64,000 bases of DNA from Podarcis gaigeae (taxonomy: Eukaryota). The position numbers and the translations under genes were made by a program. The DNA lies in assembly GCA_964106915.2 (NCBI GenBank), contig OZ066927.1; one strand, 5' to 3'. The stretch's first letter is position 1. Every line of letters begins with the position of its first letter. A model generated the notes under the pieces. The model ran no database searches. It was given only the letters and a program-made list of their open reading frames with translations, and was not told the DNA's origin. Positions 26,301-39,175 of the stretch are shown piece after piece.

Positions 26301-27719
26301 GTTCTTGGCAAGTGTTTTTTATGGAGGTGGAAGCTTAAGTTACTTCCCCATCCCTTCCCCATAGGACATCCAGCGAGGCAAGGAAGCAGTGGTCTCTGGT
26401 GGCCCAGTTTTGCAGGCTCCACGGCCTCAAGCTGAGCATGTCATACCTGAAGGTGTGTGCGAGATCCAGCGAATGGCTGCAGTTCCTCATTGAAGCCCAG
26501 AGGTACAACTACCAACCCTCTGAGGTAAGGAGCCCTTCAGGCAAAAGTGATATGGCCATCTTTATTAATGTGGGGTTTAGTCTTTGCAGTGGCCCCTTTG
26601 AACAGACATTGCTCTTGAAATAGGGGGAGAGATCACTAATGTGGCTTCATTTGCCCTGGCAGCAGAAAGACAGGTACAAATCTATAAAGGCATTAATATA
26701 GTAGAGTTCTAATTTGTGTTTGGTATGTGTACCACTTTGCTGTGACTCATGAGCTCAAGACAATAAACTAGACTTCCAGGTGCTTTGTTCTGCAACTCCC
26801 ATCAGTCCCTCGAGGACACCAAGTTGGTGAAGACTTCGATAAACCATTGTCTGCTTGCCTCTTTGCGCTGTTTGTTCACTTTATGTTGTTCACCTAGTTT
26901 GTTCTTTCCCTTCCCCAGGTTGTCCCCATCCTCCAGGAGTTTCCCCCTCCTCTGCAGGACCACTTGAGGCTGGCCTTGGAGAGTTTGCAGTCCTCAGTTA
27001 CTCCATTGGAGGACAGTCAGGGTGGCAACTCCCACCGGCTGAGGCATGAGCAAAAGCCGGGCACCCACACCAGTGATCTTTTCCGCATTCTCCTTTGGTG
27101 TCAGGAGCAGCCGCGTCCCTGGCATTACCTTCTGGGTGAAGCTGTGAAACACCAGTCTCCCATTCTGAGCATCCTTGCTGCATGCTTCCAGGTAAGAATG
27201 CTCTGAGGATGACCCTGTGCTTCTGTTGTTCATTTATTTCTGTAGGCCGTATGTGTGATATTTTAGAAATATTTGCAAGTACATTCCTCAAGGTGGGTCA
27301 CTTCCTCCTTGTATCTAACTTTCTTTACCTCTTTCCCACGCCTCTCTGGCCACATCCACCCGTTTGGAAGGACACCAGCATTATCCATTGCCTCTGTGTT
27401 TGGCTCATAACTTCCTTGGATAGCTCCACCACTGCCCAAGTGACAGACCACTTGGAAGGCTCAGCTGAAACCCATGAATGGGATCTTCAGGACTTGGCCA
27501 CCCTCTGGCAGACACTTCTCCAGAGGCAGAAAATCCAAACTCTTCTTCGTGGCTTTCAGTTCTTTCTGAAGGTAACTCTTTAAATCCCTTGACCTGATAT
27601 TACTTGGGCTGCCTCTGCTGGGTGCACCAGAAACCGCCCCAGCATGCAACTCCCATTTGTTTAACTTGTGCTTCTTCACATTTTCAAGAGTGCCTTTGAA
27701 AATAAATGTAACAAGGGTT

Positions 27720-27758
<39 letters not shown>

Positions 27759-30700
27759 TGTCTTCAAACTGAAAGCTTCAAGAGACATGGAAACTGCACA
27801 TGGAGCAGCCTAAATGAACCCTCCGTTCCAAGTTAAGGAAGGGAAATGGTCCAATTTCTGCCCCCTGCTGTGGTTACACTTTCAGAGCCTCAGGAGCTAG
27901 ATTGGGGGGGTGGGGGTGTTCAATGTCAGAGGTGTATTTTTAAATAAATAAATGGTGCAACACTTGTGAAGAATGTTGAACATTTGCATCAATCTATTCA
28001 GGACTCCCCTTTGCTGATGATCCTGGAGCTGTACGAGTTGTGCATGGACTACAGAAACTACAGCGAAGCGCAGAGCAGACTCCTTGCATTCCAAGCCAGT
28101 ATTTCAAGAGTAAGCAGACCCTTCCCTTTGCTTGCTGAAGCTTTTGAACCAACTCTTTAATTACAGAGGTAGCTAGCATCTCTAGGCTAGAGCATGGTCT
28201 TCTCTTGAGTGTGTGAGGTTTAATTTTTCCGGTTTAAGGATTGTTTGAGCATGCGGGCACACACGTATGGCTGCCCACCCTTCTTCCTTGAATGCATCCT
28301 TCCCAGTTCCCTACCACACTACTGCTTTGCATTGTACAAGTTGGCTTACTTTGTCAGAGAGATGAAGGAGAGGGTGGGGGAGAGGCATGTTTGGGCACTT
28401 GGGATAACTTTCAAAATGACTTTTGCACAGCTGCAAGCCTTACCCGAAGGTCCACCTCTCCTCTTGCCTGTGCCCTGGCTGGTGTCGCAGGCTTCATTTC
28501 TTCTTGAGCTGATGCTCCAGCAGTGCAGGACTCAGTACGAGCTGGGAAAGGTCCTTCAGCTTTTTGCAGATACGGACACCGTTCTCCCTCACGGTACGGA
28601 CAGTTTTCTTTGGTTCCCTGTCAGTAATTTGTTACCTGCACAGCCAAGACTTCCTCTTGAAATCTGCTTTCAGTGCCTGACGCCAGGCAGCCCTCGGGAG
28701 GTGGTAGTAAAGGAGCATCAGCTGCCGAGTTCATTCTGCTTTTAAGTGTAGTCAAATCATTGGTTTTCAGGGCATGGAAATAAGATGGGAATCCAGGAGG
28801 TTTGGAAGACCAGAAAAAGGGATGCGCATGTGCATGCCTCTCCTTGGCATGTTGGGAAACCCAGTCACTTCTCTCTTCGTCCATCATGTGCATCCTCAGT
28901 GCTGCATATAAAGGCAGGGACTGATCTGCATAAGAGATGGTTGTCTTCTGCTTCATTTTTATACCATCTTTCATCTAAAATGATCCCAGGTTGGCTTGTG
29001 AACTTTAAAGATAGAAGAAGTAAAACATGGGAATAAACTAGTGAATTAGAAGCAACAGCAGCACGTCAGCAATTTAAAAGCATTGGGGTGAACAAGAAGG
29101 TTTTTGGTCTGGTGTCTAAAATAAAATAAAAATACTGATACCAAGTGGGCCTCCCCTATTTAGGGCTCTGCAGCCAAAAAGACCTCCCTTCCTAGGCCTC
29201 CCTTCATTGCCCTCCACTTCACTTCTGCCAAAGTTGTTGCTCAGCAAAGGGCCACAGCATGGGCAGCTTGATGGGGATCCTCTTTGCCCCTTTCCAGAAA
29301 AGCCTGCGTCATTAAAGCACAGACTATCCAGTTAAGGACCTGTTTCTTTTTGGGCTGCTTTTGTGCTTAGGGCCTGATATGAAGAAGCTGAGTGCCCTCA
29401 GCTTCACCTTGAAGGACTCTCCTGTCTCCATTGATTGTGCCATTCTGAGCAGTTACACCCCAGAGAATTTCCAGAAGGAGTGCAGAAGAATTCTGGAGGA
29501 GCTGCAGGACCAAAGCTCTTTCCTAATAGCGCGGAAGGTGGCAGAGCTGGCAGAGCTGCCTGTAGACAACGTGGTGATCCAAGAGGTGCGCACCTTTTGA
29601 CAACTCATGTTTTGGTTGATTATGTTCCATCTCCAACCAAGGCAGAATTAGAATGTGGCTTTCCCATCTATTGGACTCAGCCTCTAGTTTTGGTGGCTCA
29701 GTCCCAGATCCAGTGCTGCCTTTGGCTACATATGAGTAAGTAAGGGAACTTGGGGACCAAGAATGAGGTGCGTGTAGTTTCCTGCTGTGAGGCAGTGACA
29801 GGGGAATACATATTTCTCTGTCAAAGCCATCACCTTGGTCTATGTCTGGTAATAATCAGGCAACCAGCGCAGGTCCCTCAAAGCTGTTGGTACATGTTCT
29901 TGAGCCATCAGGCCCATCAGTATGCTAGCAGCTACATTTGTCATTATCTTCCATCTCCACACAGTTCTCAAGAGCAGTCCCATGTTGTGTAAACAGGAGT
30001 TGCAGCCAGGCTCTCCCTATCGACAAATGGCCATAGCTGGTGAATCAGTAGTTCAGCTTCCTTTCATTGGTTGTCATGGAAAGATGGGGCTGAGAATCAC
30101 TTTGATCTTTTGTGTGTTTTGCAGGTCCTCCAGAATATTCATCTCTTGCAACAAATTGGCCACTGGTCTCAGAAGCGGACAAGGATCGAGTTCTGGGAAA
30201 AATGCCACGAAAACTATATGAGAAATGCCATCTCAACCCAAGCGGCCTCCAATTTCTTTTTATCTCAGGCAGACCTTCTGTCTGAGTCCTTGGATGAGGG
30301 GAGAACATCTGGCATCTCGGAGAGGCAACTTCTGCTGACCTTGGCTGGCCACTGGTTAGCCAAAAGCGATCCAGTTCCGCTTCAGGAGCTGGAAGGGATT
30401 GAGAAAGAAATCTGGCTTTGCCGCATCGCTCAGCAGACTTTGAACCAGGGCCCCGAGAAGGCCAAGCACAGATTCTCCCACCAGATTTCTATGAGCGGTG
30501 AAGTGTCCTTTGATTCCTTAGCCAAGGAGTTTTCCTTTTCCAAGCTGGCTGCCTTGAACGTGCCCAAGTACTTGCAGCTGGAGGGTTTGCCCTCACACAA
30601 TGCATCCTTGCAAGCCACACTTTCTGCGGCTGATGTGGAATCACTGAGCTTTCTGGTTGGGCGCCTGCTGGACGAGGGGAGCATCCACGAGGCCAGCCGG

Positions 30701-33700
30701 GTTTGCCGGTACTTTAACTTTTACAGTCGAGATGTCTTGCTGGTCTTGCACTTCAGAGTGCTGGCATCTGGAGAAGTCCTTCGGAGCGAGTTTCACCCAG
30801 AGGTTCATGCCATCCTTGCAGCAAGAGACAGAGAGGAGGCGAAGGACAAGAATAATGGAGGGGGAGAGGACTCTTCAAAGAAAAAATCTCTGAGCAGTAA
30901 GTAGCAGGAGTATTTGGAGCTGCAAATTGGACAAAAGCATCTCTCCTCAGGAGTCCACAGAGGACCCTCCTGGGCCATTTCTTCCTTTCTTCCTTTCTCT
31001 GCCATTTTGTGGGTCTTGTCATTGCCTGTTCTTTAGAAATGTAGGTGTTTCTTGGATCTCAAACTTTGCCATTCGTAGCATCCAAAACTGCTGCAATGTT
31101 TTTCCTTCAAAAATTGGGAGGGGGAGATGATAATTTGCTTGAAAAAAACCTTTTAACGATGTAAGTGGGAGCAGGAGACGTGAGGAAGTCCAAACAAGTT
31201 ATGAAATTTTGTTATGACATAAGTAATGTTGTTTATTATCTATGTATTTCTTTTATAAAAAAACACCTTAATAAATATTTATTTAAAAAAACAAAAATTG
31301 GGAGGGGGAAGAGAAGGGAGGGTGGCAGCTGATCAGTTGAGAACCACTGAGCATTTCCAGTGCTCCAGTTTGTCATAGAATCATGGCAGTGTTGAATTGA
31401 AGGGATCCAAAGGGTCATCTAAACCAATCCTCTTCAATATAGGAATCACAGCTAAAGAATCCCTGTGTTTAAAAATCTCCAGCCTCCAGAGCTCAGAAGA
31501 GCAAGAAATGTGCCCTTATCCCACCCAGTGTTGGTTTTCTCCTCCCAGTTTTGCCCTGTCCATCTCCAGCCTTGTCTTCTCTCCCCGCCCAAGCATCCTG
31601 CTCAGCCTGCTCGTTCCTTGCTATCCAGAGTCTCTGTTTCCTTTTCAGCCTCGAGCCTTGAGTCCTGGTCCTTTGTGGGAGGTCCAGGCCCAGAGAGCGA
31701 GGTGGTGGGCAGCCTGCAGGCCCTGCTGGCGGAATGTGTCCACGGGCGGAACTACTGCCGGCAGGTCCTCTGCCTTTTTGAGCTGTCTAAGGTGTGTGCT
31801 GGTTGGGAACTGAGGAGGGGCAACCATTGTGCTACAGTGATGGGAGCTGCGGGATCTCTCCAGTGAGGGCCTTGCCTGCCAGCATGGCACTGAGGGGCCC
31901 TTTGAGGATGAGACTCCTCAGGATCCAAGACGTAAGACTTCCCCATGGTCTTTTGCAGGAACTGGGCTGTCCCTTCAGTGAGATCTTTGCCCACGATTCC
32001 GAGAAGCTGCTTCGGGTGATCCTGTCTTCTCAGCAGCCAGACAGGTGCAAAAAAGCCCAGGCCTTTGTCACCACACAGGGAATGGAGCTGGAAACCGTGG
32101 CGGAGATTGTGGCTGAGGAAGTAACCCGAGAGCTGCTGGCCCCTTTGCAAGAGAAAGGCGGTGAGTCCTGCTTTGTTGTTATTGACCAAGGAGAATAATG
32201 CTATAACTTGTGGGGAAGCGGAAAGACTCCTAGGATCGGGTTTGGGCAGGAGTGGAGGCGGTGCTGTTTCTTCCCCTTCCCCCTGTCAGCTGGAAAATAT
32301 CCTGTCACCAATATGTCATTTGTATATACAGAACAAAAGCAAATTCTGAACCCAGCAGAGGAGAGCCAGGCATTCCTGCAGCTGGCTAAACTGTGCCAGG
32401 ACCACACGTTGGTTGGCATGAAGCTATTGGACAAGATCTCATCTGTGCCGCATGGGGAACTTGCATGCAGTAAGTCAATGATGGGCAGGTGGAGGATCCG
32501 TTTTGGCCAGGGATCAAACATCCAGTAACAGCACACTAGCATGCTGCATGGCTAAAGCTGTGATCCAAAGCCTGCTTACTTGAATGCAGAGCTTATTCAG
32601 GTTCTTGGGACTATGCTTCTACATAAATATAGGTGGGGTTAGGCCTCAGGAGGAGGGTTCTCATGCCCTTTTTTCTGTTTGCTGTCTTTGTGTGGTTTCC
32701 ATCTGGAAAATGCAACCACCCCACCCCACCCCCGATCATCTTCATTGATGCCAGGAAGCTGGAGCTGTGGTTGTGAAGGGTTTGACCCACATGCTGCCAT
32801 TCTCCATCTGTCTTAGCAGTAGTACAGGTTTTTGCTGGAGCCTTTCATAAAAGAGCATTTAGCAATTCTGGGGGGAAAGGGAGTGGCCTCTGACTTCACC
32901 TAGCTGTCCTCAAGGTGGGGAACAGGGTTTGTTTATGAGCCGCTGAGGAGCTTTTGCCTCCAAGAGCTGCTGTCCCTGTCCAGTGTATGTGAAAGTGACA
33001 GTTGTTGTTCCACAGTTGAGGGACCAGATGCCACACAATCTTTGGCCAAGGGAGAAACTTAAATCGGGGCGGGGAGGGGGTCTCCCTTGTTGTATTGGAG
33101 AGCACCTGCAAAACTGCAAAAAATGTGCTTGCTTATGAAGTCCCCTTCCCTCCTTTTTCAGCTACAGAGCTGCTGATCTTGGCCCACAACTGCTTTAGCT
33201 TGACCTGTCACATGGAAGGGATCACGCGGGTTCTGCAAGCTGCCCGGCTGCTCACAGAGGAGCATTTGGCACCCAACGAAGAATATGGCCTTGTGGTATG
33301 TGACTGCTCTAAAGCTGCCCTATTTGTGGGAAATGTGAACTGGTTGCAGGGACACACAACAGGCCTTTGAAGGGTCCTGCTGATTCCAAGACATCCCCTT
33401 GCTTTGCTGAAAAAGGAAGGTAGTGGCAGGTCAAAGACTCCCACAGATGGTTCATGCTCGGCTGCCCTCTGCATTGATGTTAGCAAGTAGCTCCTCTTAT
33501 AAGAAGCAGTATGTGCAGCCTTCATTGGGTTCGCCTGGCCTGGTAGGAAAGCTGCCTTTGCTTTCCCTTACCATCTATTGAAATGGCTGATCAGTAACCT
33601 TCTACAGACTTCTGTTGTGCCCCCTAAGGAGGGGTGGTGGCGGCTGCCATGACCTTCTGGCTTACCTCAGTGTGTATGATGACACAGAGTAAGGCCCTTC

Positions 33701-36700
33701 TGCCTGCCTTGCTGTTCAAGTCCTTATCTCTTCTTCCTCCCTACCAAAGGTTCGGCTTCTCACTGGCATTGGCAGATACAACGAGATGACATATATCTTT
33801 GACCTGCTGCATGAGAAGCATTACTTTGAGGTGCTCATGAGGAAAAAGCTGGATCCGGTAAGTGCAGGAGACGCAAATCTGCCTCATCCTTTCTCAAGAG
33901 TTCCAACCCTTCCATGAGAGGGACAATAGAGGAAATCCAAATGTAAATGTGTCGTTGAGTCTGAAGCCTTTATTTTCAGCAGGATATGGATGAGGCTTAG
34001 TCTGTCAGTCTCTCTCTCGCTCTCTCTCTGCCTGCCTGCCTGCCTGCCATCATATGGATATCATCACCCTGAGTGATCCAAGGGAGGGAGGTTGAAGCCA
34101 GGATATGTGCTGGCTCTTTATTTTGAAGGGAACTTGACTGGCCTGGGAAAGGTGGCAGTTGTATGCAGCTCAAAGTATTTCTCTATCTGAAGGCTCATTC
34201 TCAATTCTCAAATCTGCTTCCCTCGCAGTGCCTTCAGTCTTCCCATTTGTTACCTTCTTGCCAAATCATCATTCCAGTCACAGCATCCCCACTCCAGAAT
34301 GTCCCTACTATAGTAAAGCCATAAAGCTAAAACGCTCCTTCTTTCATAGTGGCTTTTTCTCACTCACTTGTTGAAATGCAGCCCTGAAATGCAGCCATTC
34401 CTTTCCTTAACACTTGTGGCTCCAACTCTGCTAATCCTTTCTAGATACACTTTTTTGAGGGGGTGCTGCTGCTGAAGGCTCTGCCTGAAAGCTCTAGCTT
34501 CCCCTGTTCTCAGCTGCAAGCTTTCTCAACTCCTCTTTGTCACATCCACTCCTTGCCTCCCTCCCACTTTGGCAGAGCGGGACCCTCAAGACAGCTCTGC
34601 TGGACTACATCAAGCGCTGTCGCCCGGGGGACAGCGAGAAGCACAACATGATTGCCCTCTGCTTCAGCATGTGCCGAGAGATTGGGGAGAACCACGAGGC
34701 AGCAGCCAACACCCAGCTGAAGCTCATTGAATCCCAGCCGTGGGGTAAGTTGCCAGACCAATGGGTAGATGGGCAGTCTCTGTATTCTCGGGGCTCATCT
34801 GACACTTAGGCAGTCTGATGGGGAGGAAGACAGTCTGTCTGAAGAGGAATGAACTCCTTTGCCAGCCTGGTGCTGTTCAGATAGTTTGGACTACAGTTCT
34901 CACCAGCTCCAGCTAAAGAGGAGCCAGTATACTCCAGACATGCAGAGAGCCTACCTGCCCAGGATAACAGGTGCTCAACACCCTGGTTCCTTATTCACCT
35001 TTTGTGAAGAAGGAGATGTGATGGAACCGTGAGAGAAGCTCCATAGTTTAAGGAAGCAACTGTATCATTCTAGACCCCAAAATTCTATAGGCCCTAAAAC
35101 TGACTGTTCGTCCTAGCAGTATGAAATTTAGCACGGGGAATCTGTTCAGTAAGGTGTATGTTATGGCTAAATTTCAGAAAAATCAGGCAATGTCCAGTTG
35201 AGCCACAGCAAGTTTAAAACTTGGCATTAGGGAGGCCTATACCTGAAAGTACACATTGCCCTGAATCAGCCTAGGTTGATAGTGAAAGGCATAATCTGCT
35301 TGCTTTGTGCCTATCGTTTGAGTCCTCACTGAGATGCCTGGATTGGCTTTGGTAAATACATCTTTGGTTCACTTGCTACCTCTCTTCCCTCCCTCTGGAT
35401 TTGGCATTTGGTTCTGTATCTGCTTCTTTCTCCCCATGAAGGCATTCAACACCTCTTTCCTTTTCAGAGGAGTGCCTGCAGGATGTGCCCAATCTGAAGA
35501 AGCTCCTGATGAAAGCCCTGACCCTCTACATAGATGCTGCAGAAAGCTATTCCAAGGCAAGATGGGACTGGGACTGAGTGAAGGTGGAAAGGCGTGAGGC
35601 AGGGCCTTGTTTGTGTTTGCTTCAGGGATTGATGTGTCCCATAGAGTTACAGAGGTGGCATCAGATGTGAGAAGAGGGCTGTGACCAGCGAGATGTTTGT
35701 TTGCAAGTGTGTGTGTGGAGGAGGGAAGGCAGTTGCAGCCACTTAGCTTCATCCGTGCGTCTTTGACTCCCTTCTCTTAGGACTTCTGTGTGCGACAGTC
35801 CTTGCGCTGCAACAGGCTGACAAAGCTCATCACCCTGCAACTCCACTTCCTGAACAGCAGCCACAGCACCAAGCTGATCAATCTGAGCAGGAAGAGCCTG
35901 TTGGAGTGTATCATGTCCCTGCCCAGGTTCTACCAGGTAAGGATGCCAGGCACCATCACAAGAGTATGTGGTGTCCTATTGATGGAAGGACAGAGTTCAC
36001 ATTCCTGGGAGGATGATGTCAGCTGGCATTTCTCTTCCGTCTCTCCCCAGGCTGCCATTGTGGCTGAGGCCTACGACTTCATCCCAGACTGGGCTGAGGT
36101 CCTGTATCAGCATGTGATCTTGAAGGGAGACTTCAGCTACCTGGAGGAGTACAAGCAGCGTGGCCTGCTCAAGACCAGCACCTTTGAGGAAATAGCCCGG
36201 AAGTGAGTCCAAGGGAACCATTTGCAGCCCACTACTCCCAGTGGGAGACAATCCCCAAATCAGGCTTTCTATAGAGTCGAGATCCTCACTCTTAATTCTT
36301 GGTTGAAGGTTACTGGTTGCAATCCTGCAAGTTGAAATACAAGCAAAGTGGAGAGCTTTTAAGCTCTCTGCTGTGCTTGAGAAGCAGGGCTCACTCCAGA
36401 AGGTTCACACAGGAGCGGTTCCAAGGTTTATATATAGGACCCTTGGAACCAACCCCCCACCCTGGTAAATTGCAGTCATACTGTATGTACTGAAAGAGTT
36501 CTCCCTCCACTGGGCACCTTTTTGTCCCAAGGGCAACACCTTTCTCCCCTGCTGCACTTAGGTGGCAGGTAGAAGTGGGATCCTGTCAGAGGGCAGAGTG
36601 GGAGGGACGAGGCTTATGTCTAACCCCTCTGTGACCTTCTGTTCCAGGTTCAAGCAGCACACAGGCAATGAGCCTGCTCTGAAAAACCTGAAGCGGCTGC

Positions 36701-36828
36701 TGACTTACTGCGATGACATCTATGTGTATTACAAGCTGGCTTATGACAACCAGTTCAGCGACGTAGTGAACACGCTTCTAAAAGATGCTCAGACAGGTTG
36801 TTGTCTGAAGGACCTGCTGGCCAACTAG
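4983..36828 (+). CDS. SPG11: Spatacsin, complete 40-exon gene, CDS 7305 nt (about 2434 aa)
   Basis: Exons: 4983-5203, 6782-6966, 7304-7534, 9031-9226, 9596-9733, 10110-10558, 10750-10895, 11601-11733, 12223-12378, 13208-13386, 14094-14270, 15246-15317, 15687-15814, 16167-16339, 17123-17321, 17752-17955, 18588-18694, 19616-19761, 19983-20135, 21956-22022, 24246-24411, 24719-24924, 25290-25398, 26365-26524, 26919-27191, 27371-27571, 28002-28109, 28431-28593, 29371-29585, 30125-30896, 31649-31791, 31959-32160, 32332-32469, 33162-33295, 33750-33857, 34576-34744, 35468-35556, 35781-35936, 36051-36202, 36648-36828. Phases chain in frame to TAG. Recognised peptides include LFGLTQEEFLNRLIIHGSAGTVDSLCQLNGWGRCSIPIHALE, VRLLTGIGRYNEMTYIFDLL, GTLKTALLDYIKRCRPGDSEKHNMIALCFSMCREIGENHE and KDAQTGCCLKDLLAN. 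Exon count matches human (40). Confidence 0.97.
7535..9030 (+). other. U12-type (minor spliceosome) GT-AG intron 3 of SPG11
   Basis: 5' splice site GTATCCTTT at 7535. Branch-site TTCCTTGAC at 9010-9018, about 12 nt before the AG at 9029-9030, with no polypyrimidine tract between. Splicing gives ...GWI/YIFDATDGAYLAHVD. Confidence 0.9.
7945..8495. mobile_element. hAT-type non-autonomous DNA transposon inside the U12 intron
   Basis: Termini CAGTGATTTTCAAAC / GGTTGAAAACCTCTG; 8-bp flanks GCCTGAGG / GCCTGAGA (7 of 8 identical). Confidence 0.75.
11800..11935. mobile_element. Decayed palindromic hAT MITE (same family as 42170-42302)
   Basis: CCTTCCAGATATTTTGGACT...CCCATCAGCCCCAGC...AAACATCTGGAA inverted arms. 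Confidence 0.6.
13835..13915 (-). mobile_element. CR1 LINE 3' tail fragment
   Basis: ATCATAGAAT...GAGTTGAAAGGGACC...CATCTAGTTCAGCCCCCTGCAATGCAGGAAT, the reverse complement of the CR1 ATTCTATG tail. Confidence 0.75.
14335..14560. mobile_element. Tigger/pogo-like MITE
   Basis: TA|CAGTGGTACCTCGGGTTA...TAACCCGAGGTACCACTG|TA: perfect 18-bp TIR, TA duplication, internal GTTCTTAACCTGAA repeats. Confidence 0.9.
16340..17122 (+). other. GC-AG intron 14 of SPG11
   Basis: Donor AAG|GCAAGT at 16340. The nearest GT (16344) would frameshift exon 15. Confidence 0.8.
18960..19443 (+). mobile_element. Decayed L2-like LINE 3' fragment ending in a microsatellite tail
   Basis: Remnant LYVGLPLKNVWMQQLVQN and AVPHLWN motifs of LINE RT C-terminus, followed by an (AAT)n tail. 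Confidence 0.65.
19444..19501. repeat. (TAA/TAG)n trinucleotide microsatellite
   Basis: Directly visible; explains the poly-Y, poly-L and poly-I ORFs in the track. Confidence 0.95.
20169..20490 (-). mobile_element. CR1 LINE 3' fragment
   Basis: TAGAATCAT...ATCTAGTCCAACCCCCTGCAATGCAGGAA followed by CR1 RT-end remnants (CTTCTCTTCCAGGCTAAAC, TGTGGTGCCCAG). Confidence 0.75.
21352..21608. mobile_element. hAT-type MITE
   Basis: CAGGGGGTCAGCAAAC...GGGCCCTAGTTTGCCTACCAATG degenerate TIRs; similar flanks TGCTTAAG / TGTTTAAG. Confidence 0.65.
26202..26230. repeat. (CAT)n microsatellite
   Basis: Directly visible; source of the poly-His ORF. Confidence 0.95.
27722..27757. repeat. (TG)n microsatellite
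   Basis: Directly visible in SPG11 intron 26. Confidence 0.95.
31374..31485 (-). mobile_element. CR1 LINE 3' tail fragment
   Basis: CATAGAATCAT...GAAGGGATCCAAAGGGTCATCTA...AGGAATCACAGCTAAAG. Confidence 0.65.
35557..35780 (+). other. GC-AG intron 37 of SPG11
   Basis: Donor AAG|GCAAGA at 35557 joins ESYSK to DFCVRQ. Reading on to downstream GT sites hits an in-frame TGA. Confidence 0.8.
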
Positions 36829-38344
36829 ATGGTGCTTGGGAGCAAGAAGAGCCACAGCCATCACTGGTGTTGTAGGAAACTCCGGTCAGTATAGGCAGGG
36901 GGTTGTCCAGAAGCGGATACATTTGTTTCAGTATCTGAAACGTGCAACAAAGCGGACAACAGCATTAATCAATGGTATGAAATGGTGAGGAATATTAACC
37001 ACAGGGTTGGTTTCGAGTTAATTTGACAGTTGAAGTTAGAACTTTTTATTAGGAGAGAGCTTTTCTCTCTGGGAATCCTTGTGTTGAATATAGAGGTTAC
37101 TTAAAAACTAAGCTGGCTCTTGAAGCTGCAGCTGAGTTTCTGGGTTACAAAATGATGAGGGCAGGCTTTCTCTTCGGTAACCTCTCCCCCCTGCATATTG
37201 CTGGATGATATGAATATCTGGAGAACCATTTGCTGTCTAAAAATATTTTTTTGTGCAGATTTAATATTGAACATATGGTATAAACTTTGCCATACCTGCT
37301 TTTCCCTGGTCATGTATAATTTAATCTTCTCAAAGTATTTCGGGTACAAGGTAGGTGGAGTGTCATAGAAACTTGGAGGCACTATCTGAGAGTGCTGAGC
37401 TCCTCTAACCCTTACGACTCCAGTGCATGAGCTGTTCTTGCTCATTTCTGCAAAGCTGTTCCTTAGCCAACACCAGTGCCCAGCTTTTACTGTCTTTCAG
37501 AATGAGCGTCAACAACAGTGGCACTGTGTGCTTTTGTCCGTAGGAAGGTAGTTAAATGAGGAGTGTTTATAGAAATGGTCTTCCAATGTTTCTGTTACTC
37601 ATATTTTGCTGTGTTTCTAAAGTCACCAATACAGCTTGAGCTATGGCGGTGTATACTTGTGTGAAGGCTACAGAACATTACAAGGCTCCCTGTAGTTGGG
37701 GTATACAGTGAGCCAAAGAAACTCTTCTGGGATAGAAATCTCTGCTTGACTACAATTCTTGCTTGCTCCTTAAATACATATCCATTTGCAAGCTTGTAGC
37801 TGTTAGTGGGGGAAAATCAGAAGTGATAGAAAGAAAGAAAACATGGCAACCTCTTACAGGTTGATGGTTTTTATTGCCTTTTGGCGAATTAAATCTTCCG
37901 ATAAGCATCTGATTAAATAACAGCCTTTTGACCCTAGAGAGCAGGGGTGGGGAATCTCTGGACATAATCCATTGCCCCCAAACCATGCCTGCCCACCAGT
38001 CTAGTCCCTCACCCTCACCTTGCTTACACCAAGCCTGCCTAGCATCTCCCCATAGATCCATCCCTCAAATAGCAATGGAAAGGAAGAGGGATATGGGTAG
38101 GATAAACACTACTAGTTGGCCTCTGGCTCTGCCCAAGCAGTCCTACTTCACTCCTCCCTGCTTCTCAGCCCCTTTGGACTTTTTTTTTGGCAGGGATGGA
38201 GTTACTGCAGTTCACAAAAACTAAGACATCTGTTAGTGTCCTGTGATTAAACACCCTGCAGTGGGCTTGCCCCAATCCAGCAACAGTTCTTGCCCAAGGT
38301 GGAAGCACAACCAAACCAAAGCTCTCAGTCCTCACAATAGTGAT

Positions 38345-38350
38345 TTTATT
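38345..38350 (-). terminator. Probable EIF3J polyadenylation signal (AATAAA on minus)
   Basis: TTTATT on plus about 830 nt downstream of the EIF3J stop, at the end of an AT-rich UTR-like tract. Confidence 0.6.
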
Positions 38351-39175
38351 AAATTAGTTGCTTTTATAAAACATTGCAGATGTCATAATTGTTAACATAA
38401 CAATTTACCCAACTGTCGTAACTGTTGCAGTTTGCTAAGCAGGATTCCTGTAAATGAAAAAAAAAAAACGAAAAACAGCAAAGTCTTGTGAGAGCTCAAT
38501 TAAAGCCACCACAACCTGGTGACAAAGAATTCTCCCAAAGAGTCAGGAAAAAAATGTGTATAAACTAAACTGCTTAGACTTAAGCCACAAGTTCCCCCGC
38601 CCAATGCAACAGAACCAGCCTCTGTTCTGACCCAAAGAAAGGGTTATTTGCTGCTTTCAAAAGCTCCAATGTCCAAGTGCAGAATCTTCTCCCTCAGGCC
38701 ATTTGCCAACCTAATGAAACACCTCAAGTTCTAGTTTAATAGATAAAAGCCATTTTTAATACTAAATACACACCATGCCCCCTTGCTGCAAACTGCTTTT
38801 GTTGTCTGGGTAGTCAGTGGAAGAGGTACAGTTAAGGCTGTTATGACTAAACTGTGCTGGTAAGAATACAATTTTGGCCTTGTTGAAATTAATTAGTTTC
38901 CAATTCAGTGCTGCTTCTGCTGCTATGAAGTCAAACATGAACAAAGTTCCATTATTTCCTATGATTAAGCAATTGAGCCTCATAATTTTACTCCCTTGGC
39001 ATCGAGATGGGCATCCCAATGCTTCAGCAGCTGAGTGGCGACAGGCTAACCCAACAGCACAAATATACTGCCCTTTTTTTGAATGTAGCATTTGGCAGAA
39101 TTTAAAGGAAAGAAGTTGTGCTACACATTTAAGGGATTATGGGCAACAGAAAGACAACAGGAGGGAGAAGAAATG

